Shown here piece after piece: positions 12,301-23,417 of a stretch of DNA of 64,000 bases. The translations under genes were made by a program, and so were the position numbers. Position 1 is the first letter of the stretch. Every line of letters starts with the position of its first letter. This DNA is from Phoronis australis (taxonomy: Eukaryota; Animalia; Phoronida). The notes beneath the pieces are model-generated. The model saw only the letters and a program-made list of their open reading frames with translations, was not told where the DNA came from and did no database searches. The DNA is taken from positions 200,723 through 264,722 of the forward strand of contig NMRA01000467.1 of the NCBI GenBank assembly GCA_002633005.1, read 5' to 3'.

Positions 12301-15300
12301 TTTAACACCCTGTTCATCAACCTGGATGAATATAGTTACATATGCAAGGCAGTGATGATCTACCTGCACAGTTTGGAAATGAATTGTGAATTCTCAACCT
12401 CACAATATGCCCTAACTACTCTGTTTGAAGTACATGAATTGTAAATTCTCAACCTTACAATGTGCCCTAACTACTCTGCTTGAAGAACATGAATTTCAAC
12501 ATCAGGGGGAAACCACCTGAAACTAATGGCTGAAGATGTTTCAATTAACTTTCATATAAAAAGGGAATTATTTAGGCCTTGCACTTCACATGCTCTATGT
12601 ATTCCAAGTATTATTTTTACCTTTAGGTGGCTGGATATCTTTATGAATTTGAATTTAAAAAAATAATTCCAGGCGGTCTGCTAAACATTGTGACAGACAT
12701 ATGCAGGCTGCTCAAGTAGGCCCATTGCACTGATCACCTGGAACCATATGCTTTATTAATACATAGTGTTAAAACCAAGCTGAGGAGCTAGTGACCTGAC
12801 TCAGGGGTCAAGCATTGTGCCCCAGTGGGACTCGAACCCACAACCTTGAGTACAGGAAACAAACACTTACCCCACCCACTAGACCACACTGCATCTTATT
12901 GAATTTTTTTACAGATCAAAAAAGATGAGGAACCTAAATTGCTCTTAACAGAAGTCGAAATTAATGTGAGGAACTCCTACTATGAGCGGCAAAATCCACT
13001 GAAATACAAGAGGACAGTATCACCTGGAAGTTTCGCTTTATCAGAATCCACTTTTTGGAACTCTCACAATTATTAAAGGGTCATGGCCTGAAGGAATGCA
13101 CTTTGAATAGCCAGGGTTTTGATATACCTAGTGCACTGCTTTGGGGGCTTTTCCAAAATCTCTTGTTTAAGCAAGAGTTGCCAGGTTTCTAGTGGCTGCC
13201 CCACATGATTTCTAGGGTGCCTTGTGTTTTATTATGATTTTGTTTGTCAATGTCGATCAAAATAATTCAATATCTGACAAAACCAAAGTGAGTTAACATT
13301 TCTGAATTCAGATTTCCACGAGTGCACTTTGTCTGAGGTGGAGCTTATATTGAATACTTTAATGTTAAACCAATACAGAATTCTTTGATTAAAAGTATGT
13401 TGTAGACTTAAGTGTCTCCAGAAGCACTCTCAATCATGCTTTAAAGTGTACCTTTTTCTTTTCCCTAACTGGATCATCAAACAAGTATGGCTGCAACTTC
13501 ATTCTTCTCTTTATTCTTTCCTCCTCCTCCAAAAGTTTGGAAGCGATCAAAACTTGTTTCTCTTTCTGTTGCACAGCGTGTTTTCTGAAAATAATAACCC
13601 ATGCAAATTCTGAACATTTAAGCACAAACGTCAACAGAATGGTCTCCTCCCATTGATGAACAGTTTAGTTCACAGAGCCGATTTTATGGTCTGCTCTTCC
13701 TATCTTCTGCGGAAGACTTATACTGCAGAACACAAAAAGAATTCAAAGACAGTGCAAAAACTTGACTGAGATACATACTAGGTTGTTCAAAGAAATCAAA
13801 TTCACTTCGTTAAAGAAACATGTAAAATTCATAATCTTTTATGACGAAAATATTTCACTGAACATATCAAAATATCCTTCACAGTCTTCCATAACTATGC
13901 TTAGCTAAAAGCATGTCGATATCAGGGCTTGGAATGATCAATGACAAAAAACGCGGAAACTTTTACGGCCCAAAACATGCGCGCTACCCAGCCTTGAAAT
14001 AGTCGATGTGAATCTTTCGCCGACGAAAATCGGTAGGACTAAAAAAAAAAAAATCTGTAGCATGCATCTGCGTCTTTTTGTCTCGTCCATTCACTCCTCC
14101 ACTCCCACCCCCACACATTTTTGGCTGCAGAGCCGTAGTATTTGTCACCGCGGTTTACAATCACACGAGTCGCCATTGAAAATCCCACCACGCTATCCCA
14201 GATGCCCCGGCAATATTGACAATTAATGTTCCTCCGAAAAATAAAGACCAACTTCCGCTTTTCGAGGTGAACGTCGTCGGCAACATTGCGGTAAGAAACG
14301 AATTTGCCGCGGAAATTTTATATCAAATCCGATTTTTTTACGCGGAAATATAATAAAATGCGCGGACAGAACATTTGAAAAAAGCGGAAATCCGCGTTTC
14401 CACGGAAAATTCCAAGCCCTGCGATATTCACACTCTTGTACTTCTACTGGTCACACCACTATGTCATGTGATGTGAACCAACAGGTGGCGAGAGAGACTG
14501 GTGACATGAGAGGCATACTAAGGCTCTCACAATCCATACAATACACAGAGTAGCTGTCCCTTGATTTCTACCAAGAGAACTAACATACTGTTTAGCATCC
14601 TCAAAGGTGATAATCCTCTTCCTAATCAATAAAGCCTCTTCCACATTTCCGCCTTGCGCCTCAACGTAAGCTTTCAGAGCCTCCTCTTCAGCATCGTCTT
14701 CTTTTTTCAAAGCTCTATCACGTGCCTGAAGAGCTTTCAAATTCTCCTGAAGATGGTAAAAAATATTTAACACGTGTTTATCTTTAAAGAAACTACAGTA
14801 ACAGTATGGATGTTTTCAAAAAAGTTTACATTGAAATTTGCCTGGTACTGTCAAAGTTAGGCTTAAAACTCAGCAGAACCAGACAAAAATTAGTACAGGA
14901 TACTTAAAATTCGTTATAAAATTTTGTCAAAAAATTTCTCCTATTCATGTTTTCTGTAACTGTATATGAGAAAGAAAAATAGCGAAGTCATGAATCAAGA
15001 CGAGGGAAGAACAACTTAAATTTCAGAGCAACCATATCACAACTCCACCTATTAATAATAACATTCAATACAAAGAAGGTTGCTGAGAGAAGAAATTCGG
15101 CAGAAGATGTACTTTAATTTATATATTATTCAGAGGTACTTGTTATCTCATAATTAGTAAGTGAGCTAATAAAATCATCAACAATGCACTTAAGCACTTA
15201 ATCTTATTTTATTTTAGAAGTTCACTATTATAATTAAGCATATAACATTTTAAAGAGATTCAAATAAAACCATTAGCTGCCTTCAGATGTCAGTAGTTAC

Positions 15301-18300
15301 CCTGTTGGCTGTGATATCCCCCTTCAGAGCCAGCAGTGTCTTCACTCTACGGTCCATCTGAGCTTTGTAACGGACCTCTTCTTCCTGCTCTCGCACACGT
15401 ATCCTTAAAAAACATCCAAGTCTAAATTGTTACATAATTGCTTATTTTGTTTTCCAAGATAAAACTTAATGCACAAAGTGTTTTGACACAGAAACCTGAC
15501 AAAATAAAATCACCAAATAATATAAAGGCCATGAAAGTTCATCTCTCACACAATTTTGTAAATTAATTCACACTTTTAGGATATCAATTAACATACAAGA
15601 TTTTTCTATGTTACATTCAGAAGTTTATATTTCATTTCCACGTTCATCACAACTAAGTTCAAGTGTAACAGGTGGAGCCACTGGTATTGACAATCAACAG
15701 TCACAATCAAAATACAATCAAACGTCTTCACTAAATTGACCTTTTTGAATCAACCCGACTGTCGGTATATAGTCCAGCAAAGTGGATCATCTGAGCCATC
15801 TTCCAGTTTTCCTCTAAATGTCCAGACACCGCTCATTTAACAAAGTATTCATTAACTCTATGTCACTTCTTACTTGTCCATTGTCTTTGAGATGTGTTTC
15901 TTTGTCTTCTCTTTGCTTCTCCTGGCGTCCAGTAGCCTCATTCTGTGTCTCTCCTCCCTCTCTTGAAGTGCTCTAATATGCTCCCTAGAATTATTCAAAA
16001 CTATTAAAAAATTTGAAAATGTGTCAAATGCTGCAAACTCTAAATGCTTTTCATGTGTTTCACCAGCAATAACAGAACTGTTGCACATACTAATACCATA
16101 AATCAAAGTTGATATGTGTTTCACCAGCAATAACAGAACTGTTGCACATACTAATACCGTAAATCAAAGTTGATATGGTAGCATGGTACACGTCACATGA
16201 TGTGACCAACACATGACAAGTAAGAAGCTAACCTTACAGAAAAATAGAAACAAATAAGAGCGATATACTGAGACATAATTGTTGAAATGTAATTATGCAT
16301 ATAGCCATTGGCCGAATGTTTGACAAACACAAGATAGTAAATTGTCAGGTGTACCACAAACTTGACTGTCACAGTAAACTGTGATGCTTGAGAGGATAGC
16401 GGACGAATTTGAAAAGTGAAATATCAGGGCCCAGGTCCAATCTTTGTACTTGAAATTGAACTAAAATTTATTTTCACATTTTTTGTTCTACATTTGTGCA
16501 AACTCCAAGTCGGGGTCATTAAGTGTGACAGTCTGCACACCGGCGTAAATCATAATATACTTGAGCAGCTAAAAACAGACTCAATTAGTAAAGCAGAATC
16601 ATGGAAAATGTCAAAAATGATTCCGAATTCAATCTCAAGTACAAAGATTAAACCCTAGGCCCAGGAGTTCTCATGAGAACTTCAATGTTACCTCAGTAAG
16701 AGACATCACTGCCAGCAAGGAACAAGTAATACATGAAGACATTCAGCATGTTAAAAGGGAGACAGTACCTTTCTCTTTCCTTTCTCTTTCTCTCAGCTTC
16801 TCTGGCATACTTTGTCTCCTTCTCATTTCTGGCCAGTGCTATGTTTGTCTTCTCACGCATCAGCTTTCCTTCTTTTATTTCAAGTTCTTCTTCAGCCAGC
16901 TGAAACTTGCCTTGCTCCACATGAGATTTGGCCAGATTATACCTACAGCATAGTACAGTGCTCTAAATCAATTGTAGCTCTCAGTTTGTAATATCAGGCA
17001 AAAGGAACTCATCTTTTCACTCGAAACTGAACTCTAAAATATATTTGCCTGCAGTTTCTATTCTCCTTTAATATGAGCTTAAGTCACTTATTTATTATTG
17101 TGTGCTTGAGAATATTATAGACTATACGAACTGGTGTGCAGTTCAAATTTGCACTCGGTGATCACTAGATTTGACCTACAACTTCGAGATTTTGAGTAAA
17201 AATTAGGGATTTTGAGTTCAAACGTGAATTTAAGATTTAATGCTGGTTTGGAATAGCCAAGTTTCCAATACCAAAGAAGAACAGAAAATGATTAAAATAA
17301 TTTTGTGTTCCATTTCGAGTAAAAATCTTATATTCCAGGCCCAGGCTGTTGATAGCAGCTTTAAAACTGAGCACTTAGAAAGCTATAACCCGATAGTCAG
17401 GGCCACAATTTGTACACAAAATACTTGCGAAAATGTAAGATCACGCAAGATTTTGTAAGATATTGCCATGCACTAGAAGTGAAGCACGTGATCCCAGCAC
17501 TGACTCACTCTGCCTCATCCAAAACAGCCTTTATCTGATCACACAAGTCTTGTTCATCCTCTAACTCTTTGAGACACCTTGCATGTTGGGCACGTAGTCT
17601 GTTGGCCGACGAACTGTAACGTATAAGTTCAACAGTGACTACAAAATTCAAAATGCTGTCAACATTATTTATCAAATTTCTTGGCAACAAATTTGAAGCT
17701 GCATTTCACCCTGTTTTGCGTGGCAAAAAATGAAAAATGAATTGCTAACTGTCATAAAATCAGTTACATAACTTTCTTTATCACGATTGGATTTCATTAA
17801 CGGTACTAAGTCAAGTCACAAGCAATGAGTACATGCACCATTTTTTAATTTGTTTTAGTATTTGGCAACTCCAATAAACTCTGAATTACGTCATAGTGTT
17901 CTAAGAGGCAGATGGCTTCCATGTTTATGTTAGTTACCGAAATAAAATTCTATCAATGTGAGGAAAATTATGAGATCAATTTGATGATCAGTAAAACTCC
18001 TAATTCGATTTTTGTTTTTTAGCCACCTAAACAGGACAAAGTGGAGTTTAAATACGAAAAATAATGTGCACTGAAAGTGATGGCAACCACTAAGCTACAT
18101 ATCTGATGATGTAAAAAACACAGATTGTTTTACATTTACTAATAATTGGCATCAACAATTCTAATAAAAGACAAACATTGAGTTCTGTAATCACAAGCAA
18201 CTGATAATTAACACCCGCCTTCACATAATTTGTCCCTATGAAAGTAATAATGGCAGTCCTGTGTTTCTCACAGATAAACATTAGGCTATTTATGCACCAC

Positions 18301-20372
18301 TTCTCAGAAGACAGTTGTTCAGTTTATTGCACAACAACCTTGTTGAGAATACAAATACTGAAACATGTCCATGATGTACATAGCACCTCTGACTACTATT
18401 CAAGCCAAGATGACTATCTTAAATGGATCACAGTCCACATGTTCATCTCTCCTGTTACTAACACAATGTTCAAACTGAGAATTTCTTACCAGATGGCAGA
18501 TACAAAATCTGAATTATTTCCTTACTAAACTTCAAGTGTTCACAATTGACACCGTTTCCCATAAGTAAGCAACATGTCATAATTCTCTACAATCACAACG
18601 TGTAATCACCATTTGAATATATCCTATTGTTATGGCAAAATGGCAGATTTGTTAATGGATTTTCAGAGGTCTGATTTTTAACGGGCTGGAAAGATGCCCA
18701 TATCAAGAAAAAGATGCTAACAAAAATAGAACTCACGTGTCCCCACTGTCGTGGGCGTCCTTGATGTCACAATAAACCTGGTCACGCTCATTTTCTAGCT
18801 CTTCAATTCGCTCCTTGCATTTGGCAAGCTCGTTTCTGCAAAATTACGCACAGAATCATACACCGTCTTATCATTAAACTATGTAATGTACAGTATTCAA
18901 ATCTGTTTAACATCAACAACTAATACTAAAACTTAACTCATTATGATTTAATTATCACAACATCAGAAGATCCAAGGTATCAACAGCTACACACGCTCAA
19001 ACAAATTAGAGATGGAATTATTTCAATCAAATTTTCATCATCAAAAACTGATCTGGTTAGAACAATGATAATTTCACTGAAAGCAACTAATACTTTGAGC
19101 TGCTGACCACCTCATCTTTGGTCAAAAAGAACTTTTTATTTACAACATAAGACAAAGTCATGACTGCTACTTCTGTTAACAGCAGAAATGATTGGTAATA
19201 CCTGTTATGGCGACAAAATTCTTATTAGTTAATGTTGAGCCCTGACTCTGATGATAAATTCAGATATGAGAGAACACCACTATGATAATAAATTCAGATA
19301 TGAGAGAAATTAACCCACTCTGATGATAAATTCTCCTTCCAACCACAATAGTCATGATGGGAATTTTGAGTTAATTTGTCAGAATATTGTTGGCTTGTAC
19401 AGTACAAATTCTAAAACATTTATCAGTAGATTGAGATTCTAGCTTGGTTACTGAAATACAGTAAAGGACTCGCCTGGTCTTTTGAACCATAAATTCCTTA
19501 TCTGTCACATCGTCCTTCAGTTGATCCAAGTGTTTTCGCAAATGAAGCATCCTCAGCTGCTCGTGCCGGCTAAACTTCTGCTCCTGCGTTGCCGGTCGTT
19601 CACTGTCAGCAATGCTAAGGAAAAAAACAGTGAGTAAAAACAGCGAATACTTTAAGTTTCTCATAAATGACATATAGCTCGTGTACAGTAATTATAATGA
19701 ATAATATTTTATGCTAACATTGAAAAACATGTTTGCAATTCCTTTGACAAAAGCATCACACTCTACTAATAATAGAAGGTTTGAAAAGGGTTGAAAATGA
19801 GTGATTTTTGCGGGAGTAGATTTAAACATTTCAGCAACATTCTACTCGAACTCAACTTTTGAGTGTGATTAAGAAGTGAACCTCTTGAGCCTGTCGCAAA
19901 GCAGCAGTCAGTACTGAATGAGTTATCCCTATGGACAAAAACACTACAGCTACATATTTTTGTGTCTTCATCCAAACCACTCAATGAGGACTTGATACTT
20001 TTAACTAATTCTTAGGCTCATGAGGCATTAAACCTCACAGGCACACTACTAGTATGCAGTAAGAAAAAATTTTCACAAAACCATCAAATTGCACAGTAAC
20101 TTCTTAACTTTTAAGTAACAGCAGAATGTTCACAAATACAGAGATATCAAGTCTTGGAACATCGATCAATTTTTCATTATTAGCAATGGAAACAATCTAA
20201 GGACTTCATTTAAGAACATTTTTATACCATACCTCGTAGAGAATCTTTCATCATCCGATTCATCTGAATCGACTGCCTCATTGTCATATATCAACACATT
20301 GTCCTCAGCTTGATAGTAGTCATCCTCATATTGATCAGCAAGGAAAGGGTCATCACCTTGCTCCAGCTCCAT
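322..20372 (-). CDS. CFAP74: Cilia- and flagella-associated protein 74, 5' part (19 coding exons; continues beyond the left edge)
   Basis: Phase-consistent exons: 20233-20372, 19474-19614, 18737-18835, 17509-17613, 16769-16942, 15874-15984, 15301-15403, 14589-14746, 13452-13584, 11975-12052, 10950-11049, 9663-9790, 9205-9324, 8123-8241, 7743-7809, 7154-7243, 4861-5034, 1758-1851, 322-494. The protein has an acidic N-terminus and long coiled coil, then ASH/MSP-like segments (KQVVVGREFKGAAFYSKPDVVHFKDFTVGKTYKKKVILTNVSYTVNFCK...FDPPGQMSAGLTC...FLAQTGPFSIPLICTTKKC...VDFGTSVIGETLKRTITLTNNGALGT) that I recognise as CFAP74. Confidence 0.9.
2101..3996. mobile_element. Non-autonomous TIR element (MITE, PIF/Harbinger-like) interrupted by a LINE insertion
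   Basis: Imperfect TIRs gccctttcatact (2101-2113) and agtgtgaaggggc (3984-3996) enclose the LINE. No clear TSD. Confidence 0.45.
2443..3823 (-). mobile_element. 5'-truncated Tx1/L1-clade LINE (reverse transcriptase fragment), partly in an assembly gap
   Basis: RT motifs FILCAEIL...QYADDTT...FADMSGLRVNFSKT. Poly(A) tail reads as a T run at 2441-2452. 16-bp TSD caaagggacccaagtt at 2427-2442 and 3824-3839. Confidence 0.9.
5324..6093. mobile_element. Helentron/DINE-like non-autonomous repeat, copy 1
   Basis: Starts ACAAGAG and ends GGGCACATAAAAA. Subterminal inverted repeats atgtgcccac (5348-5357) and gtgggcacat (6079-6088). Internal degenerate subunits shared with 36235-38010, 44720-45465 and 54430-55075. 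Confidence 0.55.
5858..6634. repeat. Near-identical ~388-bp direct duplication split by a single N (probable assembly overlap)
   Basis: 5858-6245 is repeated at 6247-6634 with only a few substitutions, and the junction is exactly the N at 6246. Confidence 0.85.
11298..11543. mobile_element. PIF/Harbinger-like palindromic MITE with CTG TSD
   Basis: TIRs gggcctgttccaa / ttggaacagaccc, flanked by ctg at 11295-11297 and 11544-11546. Confidence 0.7.
11628..11983. repeat. 58-bp minisatellite (~6 copies) that includes the CFAP74 exon-10 splice donor
   Basis: actcacctg (CAG|GTGAGT on the minus strand) recurs at 11679, 11737, 11795, 11853, 11911 and 11969. Confidence 0.95.
12670..12893 (-). mobile_element. 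tRNA-derived SINE (Pol III head)
   Basis: A box TGGTCTAGTGG (12876-12886) and B box GGTTCGAGTCC (12828-12838) on the minus strand. No proper cloverleaf; the 3' boundary is approximate. Confidence 0.65.
13923..14421. mobile_element. hAT-like MITE with 6-bp TSD
   Basis: TIRs cagggcttggaat / attccaagccctg, TSD cgatat at 13917-13922 and 14422-14427, and repeated subterminal cgcgga motifs. Confidence 0.8.
16055..16177. repeat. ~61-bp tandem duplication
   Basis: tgtgtttcaccagcaataacagaactgttgcacatactaatacc.taaatcaaagttgata occurs twice in tandem. Confidence 0.85.
16428..16661. mobile_element. PIF/Harbinger-like palindromic MITE with CAG TSD
   Basis: Inverted arms ggcccagg..aatctttgtacttgaaattgaa / ttcaatctcaagtacaaagatt..cctaggcc, with cag at 16425-16427 and 16662-16664. 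Confidence 0.7.
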
Positions 20373-22737
20373 ATTGAAATACTTGAAAACTACAACATGT
20401 GATCAATGCAGGCAAGTTTTGTTGTAGGTAGACCCCCAGAAAACGTTACGCATATCAAACTACAGCAAACAGCATCAGATGAAATAGTCATTACACGTAT
20501 TGAGTTACAATTAACACATACCATGACTCTAGAGACAACTTAGTCAACATAATTCAAAGTAACCTATAGAAAAAAATTTAAGTCAAATACTGGAATTTCC
20601 TAAACTGAAGTTTTGCATCTGTCTCTCATGGACTTCAGCTTATATTTTTAACGAGGTGAAAAACCTCTTTATCAATGAGAGGATTTGGCCTACTACCTAC
20701 CGGTATTTAAAAATACACAGGGGAGTGTTGTAGCCCCCTGGCCTGCCAACCAAGGGCTACATGATAGCACTGGTTAGTTGTACAGTAGTAAACAGACAAA
20801 GTGAATACTCTTAGTAAGTCAACTAATAGACAGTGGGCGTCTCTAGCTGGCCCCAGTAGAGATGATGAAGGTCATATAAGAGCTTCATATGCCAGAAGCT
20901 TTTTGGCGAATTTTGTCCCACACAGATTAAACCATCACAGTCACGTTGTTTTAAACGCTTTTTGCATAGCAGGACACCTATTGGAGGTCGTTGATGTCTT
21001 TAATTACTTCCAACTCCAACAAACTCCAGTAATCAAACTTTTGAGCAGTCTTTCGTTCAGTTTCCCAAAGCAGCAACAGGCCATTTTTACACTGTGCGCA
21101 CTCCTATTTTCATTGCGCCTCGTCAGGAGTGCGCGCAGTGTTTAAGTAACCAGTTGCTGATTTGGTTGGAAGTATTTGTTCAGGTTGGAAGGAACTTGTT
21201 GTTTGACTGGAGTGGCACATGACCATAGTCTTGATGGAGAACGACACTTATAACTGTCGGAGAGCGATGGAGACCTGCTTGGTTTGTGGAGAGCGCCACC
21301 TGGTGTGTGACTGAGACATCCATCCCTACAGTTTGACATTTCAAATCTCCCACCGTTGAAGTCACGACGTATAGTGGACCTGTGCTGTAATCTATGTTCT
21401 ATTGTGTATTGACCTTCAATTCATATACGCATCAACCACCATATAGAGAAGTCAGGTAAGGCTAAAGGCTAAAGACATTGACAGCCTATTTATGAGGCGT
21501 CCCTCTAATATAACAACGTGACTTTGATGTTTCAATCAGTGTGTCTGCTCAAAGAAAGTTTGATTATGGGAGTATTCGTTCAAGTTGGAAGGAATTAAAG
21601 ACACCAACGGCCTCCTAAGGTGTCCATCTATGCGCAAAAGGTACTTATAAAAATGTGACATTGAATGCTTTAATCAGACTGTGAGGCATAATTCGCTGAA
21701 AAGATTCCGCCATGTGAAGCTCTTAAGTAGAAGCTCCTATACTAATAGACAATTACGTCTCCCTGAATGCCACAGGCACACAGGGGCAATAGTACATCAA
21801 TCCCCATAAAAAGTTATACATTTCAAAATACAGCAAATAAAATCAAACAAACCATATATACATATAAGAACATAGAGTTTTAATTAACACATACCATGAC
21901 TCTGGATACAATTTAGTCAGCATAACTTGAACATATTCATGAAAATCTGTCGTAGTTTGCTCAAGTTTCTCTTACCGGGTGCCATTTTGTGGAAGTTACG
22001 TGAAATCACACATGTTGATGAATAAAAAGTCCACGGGACAAATCTACAAATTTCACCTGATACCTTCCCTTGCTATTTTGCAAGTATCACGTGCCAGCGT
22101 CACGTGCTTCGCTGAGTTTCGCGCTAGCCTTTGCCTAACTAACGTGACTCACTTGAAATACTTTGTGGTTAACGATGATCAAAAAAGTGGAGTTGGAATC
22201 TTCACCAAAGATACCTTAATTGTCATAGCTATACTTCATCAAAGATAAGTAGAAAGGACCACTGAAGAAAGTAAATGCTTTTTGAAGTCATAGTTTTATG
22301 TGTAAAATGTATTTTTGACAAGGTGAAAACTCTCAATAGGTGAGTGGATTTTGCCTACCACAGTAACACTCATTTAAAACACATGGGACGAAATTAGCCT
22401 ACAGAAAGCGAATAACCGCCCAACCGAGGGGCTACATGTTGCCTACATACTATGAGCTTCACCGTCTCTGTACTGGGGCCAGCCGGAGACAGTGGTCACT
22501 ATCGAGTCAACCACTGACAAAAAGGCTTTTTTATGCTCGATTCCCCAAAACCGGTTCAATATTTCCATGCAGATTGGTTGATACTGTGACTGTGAGCAAG
22601 TGTGTGGTTAGATGGTCTTGTCGTACCCTACACTGGTAAATCAGCAAATTCATAGGCTTCTGTACACAACTAAACGTTGGTATTGCATTCCCTCAATCTT
22701 GATGGGAAGTATAAATCCAAACACTACATGAACTCAC

Positions 22738-23417
22738 CAGTTATTGGTTAAGATAAACGATCATAAACGACCCACTAACATTGTGTACAGCAGCCATGTC
22801 TGTAGCAACAGACAACGTAATCTCGAGAGAGCTTGCGAGACTTGATTTAAATAGGTCAATGACTTCATTTTCATCGGCTGCTGCTGAAGGGCTGGAGTGC
22901 ACAATAGCTAAACGCATGCAAGGCATCACCTTGACACCCAAACTGTTGATGTGCCGAATTAAAGAGGTCAAACCTGCACAGATTTATTTAGCATTTAGTT
23001 ACTATTCTTGTCGTTTGAATAAGAGTTGGCATATAATACTAGTAGTCGTTCGCCAGACAACCAGACCGACACAGTTACTGAATTCATAAAGTTCTACCCC
23101 AAATTATGACTCAGTAAGGTAGCCCTAATTAAACTTTCGCTGTATGAACTCATTGATGCCATTTGGATAACTGCGATGGTTTGATTAGCCTCTTTGTCAA
23201 GTGTACGAGGGAAAACATCTGGGCAACACCGTTTCTCAAATATGATCTGTTCCAAGTATGGGCGGGCGAGTCTATTTTTAATGTGGCATTTTCCAAATAA
23301 GGAGAATGCCGGTATTAAGTTTCTCAGTTCGCAAGCAATACTTTATTTTGGTATGTGTATATTCCGAAGAAAGAGTTGTCGAACAGCACTATGTTTTAGG
23401 TTTGTGTTATTTGAAGC
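22738..23417. promoter_or_regulatory. Candidate bidirectional promoter region of CFAP74 (-) and the zinc-finger gene (+), with a putative CFAP74 non-coding exon 1
   Basis: The CFAP74 ATG exon is preceded by an acceptor-like sequence. A minus-strand donor CTG|GTGAGT sits at 22738/22737 and an RFX X-box-like GTTGCTACAGACAT at 22796-22809. The zinc-finger ATG is at 23418. Confidence 0.4.

Noticed and set aside
12817-12893. Functional tRNA genes here and at 53547-53618
   Set aside because: A and B boxes are present but the stems do not form a cloverleaf, so they are treated as SINE heads or pseudogenes.
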